Under the pieces are notes generated by a model that did not search any database, had not been told where the DNA came from, and was given only the letters and a program-made list of their open reading frames with translations. Below, one piece after another: positions 22,278 to 24,121 of a stretch of 24,121 bases of DNA; position 1 is the stretch's first letter; each line of letters begins with the position of its first letter. Location: UHGV virus genome UHGV-0136745. One strand, given 5' to 3'. A program made the position numbers and the translations under genes. The stretch is from a virus.

Positions 22278-23354
22278 ATGCTATTAACTTTAGCGCCACA
22301 GGGTTTATTTATGAGCTTACTGACATCATTAATCAGCCACCAGATTTGGCTGCAACGCAACGCATCCGGTGAAGTGAAAGACCTCGCACCATTCATTCAG
22401 GAGATGCGGGACGAAATCAAACGGCAGGTGCTGTTGTTCGGCGACGACGGGCGAAGCACCGCGCGTCTGAATAAACTGTTACGCGACCTAGAAGAAGCAC
22501 TGACGGGGCTTACAGGCGACTGGCAGACTAAACTGACAGAAGACCTCAAGGAACTGGCGGCGTATGAGGCTGAGTGGAATGTGAAGACACTCACGGCTAA
22601 CGTTAATGCGGAATTTGTTACCCCGACCGCTGAGCAGGTGTGGTCTGCTGCCGTGTTTCAACCGCTGGCGTTAAGCGACAAGCCAGTTGATTTCACTAAG
22701 CTGATGGAAGGCTGGGGTGAAACGGAAGTATCGCGCCTCGTAACCGGCGTTAAGATGGGATTTGTACAAGGCCAGACAACACGGCAGATTATAAAAAACG
22801 TTGTTGGCGGGGGCGGACTGGCAGACATCTCCGAACGCAACGCTGCTACTGTAATCCGCACCGCGCTTTCGCACGTATCTAACGAAGCCCGCAAAGAGAC
22901 GTACCGACAGAACAGCGACATCATCGAGAAATACGAATGGGTGTCCACGCTCGACAGCCGCACCAGCACAATATGCAAGGCCAGAGACGGCATGACATGG
23001 GAAATTGGCAAAGGACCTATGCCGCCCGCTCATTTTGGGTGTAGAAGTACCACAGCACCAGTAATAGGTTCAGAGTTCGACTTCCTTGATGCAGGCGCAA
23101 AACGCGCGGCTAAGGGTGCAGATGGTGGAACACAGGTTAGCGCGGACACCACTTACTACGAGTTTCTGAAACAACAGCCAGCGTGGTTCGTGGATGAAGC
23201 ACTCGGGCCGACCCGCGGTGCGATATTCAGGAATAGTGGGATATCACTAGAGGAATTTCGGGTAATATCTGTCGACGCGTTTGGGAGACCGCTAACCTTG
23301 AAAGAGATGGCGGCCCTCGACGGCAGAGTTGCTGAATATCTTAAATCGTTATAA
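22278..23354 (+). CDS. head morphogenesis protein (Mu F / SPP1 gp7-like minor head protein)
   Basis: 358 aa; PMPPAHFGCRSTTAP matches the conserved H..CRC-type motif of the Phage_Mu_F family. No SD before ATG 22278; ATG 22311 is an alternative start. Confidence 0.7.
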   Translation: MLLTLAPQGLFMSLLTSLISHQIWLQRNASGEVKDLAPFIQEMRDEIKRQVLLFGDDGRSTARLNKLLRDLEEALTGLTGDWQTKLTEDLKELAAYEAEWNVKTLTANVNAEFVTPTAEQVWSAAVFQPLALSDKPVDFTKLMEGWGETEVSRLVTGVKMGFVQGQTTRQIIKNVVGGGGLADISERNAATVIRTALSHVSNEARKETYRQNSDIIEKYEWVSTLDSRTSTICKARDGMTWEIGKGPMPPAHFGCRSTTAPVIGSEFDFLDAGAKRAAKGADGGTQVSADTTYYEFLKQQPAWFVDEALGPTRGAIFRNSGISLEEFRVISVDAFGRPLTLKEMAALDGRVAEYLKSL

Positions 23355-23412
23355 AGTGTAGTAGGTAGCTAGCTTTGGTCGGTGAACTACTAAAAACAGA
23401 GAAGAAACTAAA

Positions 23413-23466
23413 CCCCGCGGAGGTATGCCTTTCTCAGGCATCGACCAAACTCCACGGGGTTTTCTT
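23413..23466 (+). terminator. compound stem-loop terminator
   Basis: Outer stem CCCCGCGGAG / CTCCACGGGG (9 of 10 pairs) enclosing inner hairpin TGCCT-ttctc-AGGCA, followed by TTTTCTT. Confidence 0.5.
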
Positions 23467-23478
23467 ATAGGAGTAATT

Positions 23479-24048
23479 ATGGGTGTTGTTTTTGGAGTAG
23501 GGGTGAACGATGTTTCACCAATCAGTTATGGCAGAGTTCACATAGCTTCTTACGCCGCGTGGAAAAACATGTTGAAGAGATGTTATGACGAAAAATGGCA
23601 ACAAAGTAACAGAACCTATATAGGTTGCTGTGTGTCGGACGATTGGTTGGTGTTCAGTAATTTCAAGGTCTGGTTTGACACTTTTTATGTACCTGGGTGG
23701 CAGATAGATAAGGATTTACTGAACCCTGGAAATAAAGTTTATGATGCCTATAACTGTGTTTTCATCCCCAAATCCCTTAACTCTTTCCTCACAGCCCACG
23801 ACGCCCTCCGCGGCAAACACCCACTCGGCGTACATTTTCATAAACAAAAGAAAAGATTTATCGCCCAAGTGTCCGTGGATGGTGTATCTGAGCAAATAGG
23901 CGCTTACGAAACCGCTCAAGAGGCACATTTAGCCTGGTTTCATAGAAAAATTGAATTAGCCTATGAGTACAAAGGCCTTTGCGATAGCATAGACCCACGC
24001 CTTTTTGAAGGCGTCTTACGTAAGATTAACTCAATGAAAGAGGTTTAG
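23479..24048 (+). CDS. HNH-like endonuclease with C-terminal AP2 DNA-binding domain (homing-endonuclease-like)
   Basis: From ATG 23479 (AGGAG SD). C-terminal LGVHFHKQKKRFIAQVSVDGVSEQIGAYETAQEAHLAW matches the AP2 pattern (GV..K.W.A.I...G..LG.F.T.EEA..AY); upstream WQIDKDLLNPGNKVYDAYNCVFIPKSLN resembles a degenerate HNH_3 core. Track ORF starts 23425 inside the terminator. Confidence 0.55.
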   Translation: MGVVFGVGVNDVSPISYGRVHIASYAAWKNMLKRCYDEKWQQSNRTYIGCCVSDDWLVFSNFKVWFDTFYVPGWQIDKDLLNPGNKVYDAYNCVFIPKSLNSFLTAHDALRGKHPLGVHFHKQKKRFIAQVSVDGVSEQIGAYETAQEAHLAWFHRKIELAYEYKGLCDSIDPRLFEGVLRKINSMKEV

Positions 24049-24051
24049 TTT

Positions 24052-24121
24052 ATGGGCTTTTTCAAAGTAACTGATGTACCTTCGCGTCGCGTTGTTCAGT
24101 ACGCCCGCGTGTCTGGCTCCG
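24052..24121 (+). CDS. hypothetical protein, 5' end only (runs off window)
   Basis: ATG 24052 preceded by AAAGAGG; MGFFKVTDVPSRRVVQYARVSGS... open to window end. Confidence 0.35.
   Translation, partial: MGFFKVTDVPSRRVVQYARVSGS

Noticed and set aside
1-24121. Prophage lysogeny module (integrase, CI repressor, att sites)
   Set aside because: No tyrosine- or serine-recombinase-like ORF and no long repressor gene seen; the Cro-like and AlpA-like HTH genes alone do not establish a temperate lifestyle.

Overview
This window reads as a ~24 kb slice of a tailed dsDNA phage genome (siphovirus-like, enterobacterial-type codon usage), with no sign of host chromosome. All calls rest on reading motifs by eye in the supplied ORF translations and the raw sequence; no database search was run. 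Layout: (1) 1-11600, a leftward (minus-strand) replication/recombination operon: truncated HNH endonuclease, SF2 helicase, compact C5-methyltransferase-like protein, VRR-NUC nuclease, family-A DNA polymerase with proofreading exonuclease, putative ssDNA-binding protein, Cas4-like PD-(D/E)XK nuclease, several small acidic/basic proteins, and a primase/helicase. A rightward Cro-like HTH gene (9090-9314) is inserted as its own promoter-gene-terminator unit. (2) 11655-12112, two more leftward genes including an AlpA/Xis-like HTH regulator, then a ~470 bp non-coding divergent control region. (3) 12586-15485, two rightward operons of about 14 tightly coupled small genes (mostly unknown; one DUF551-like, one Cys-rich, one HslV/proteasome-like Thr peptidase). 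(4) 15545-16590, lysis cassette with two holin-like proteins and a GH24 lysozyme. (5) 16916-18833, a further rightward block of small genes. (6) 18955-24121, start of the late region: terminase small and large subunits, portal, Mu F-like head morphogenesis protein, an HNH-AP2 homing-endonuclease-like gene and a truncated downstream CDS. A conserved promoter motif with an embedded palindrome (AATAG-N4-CTATT) recurs six times. No tRNA, CRISPR array, integrase or transposase was found. Most noteworthy: the orphan HslV-like peptidase inside the small-gene accessory island, the compact C5-MTase-like protein, the repeated promoter-operator motif, a very acidic first-early protein, and several unannotated small membrane peptides.
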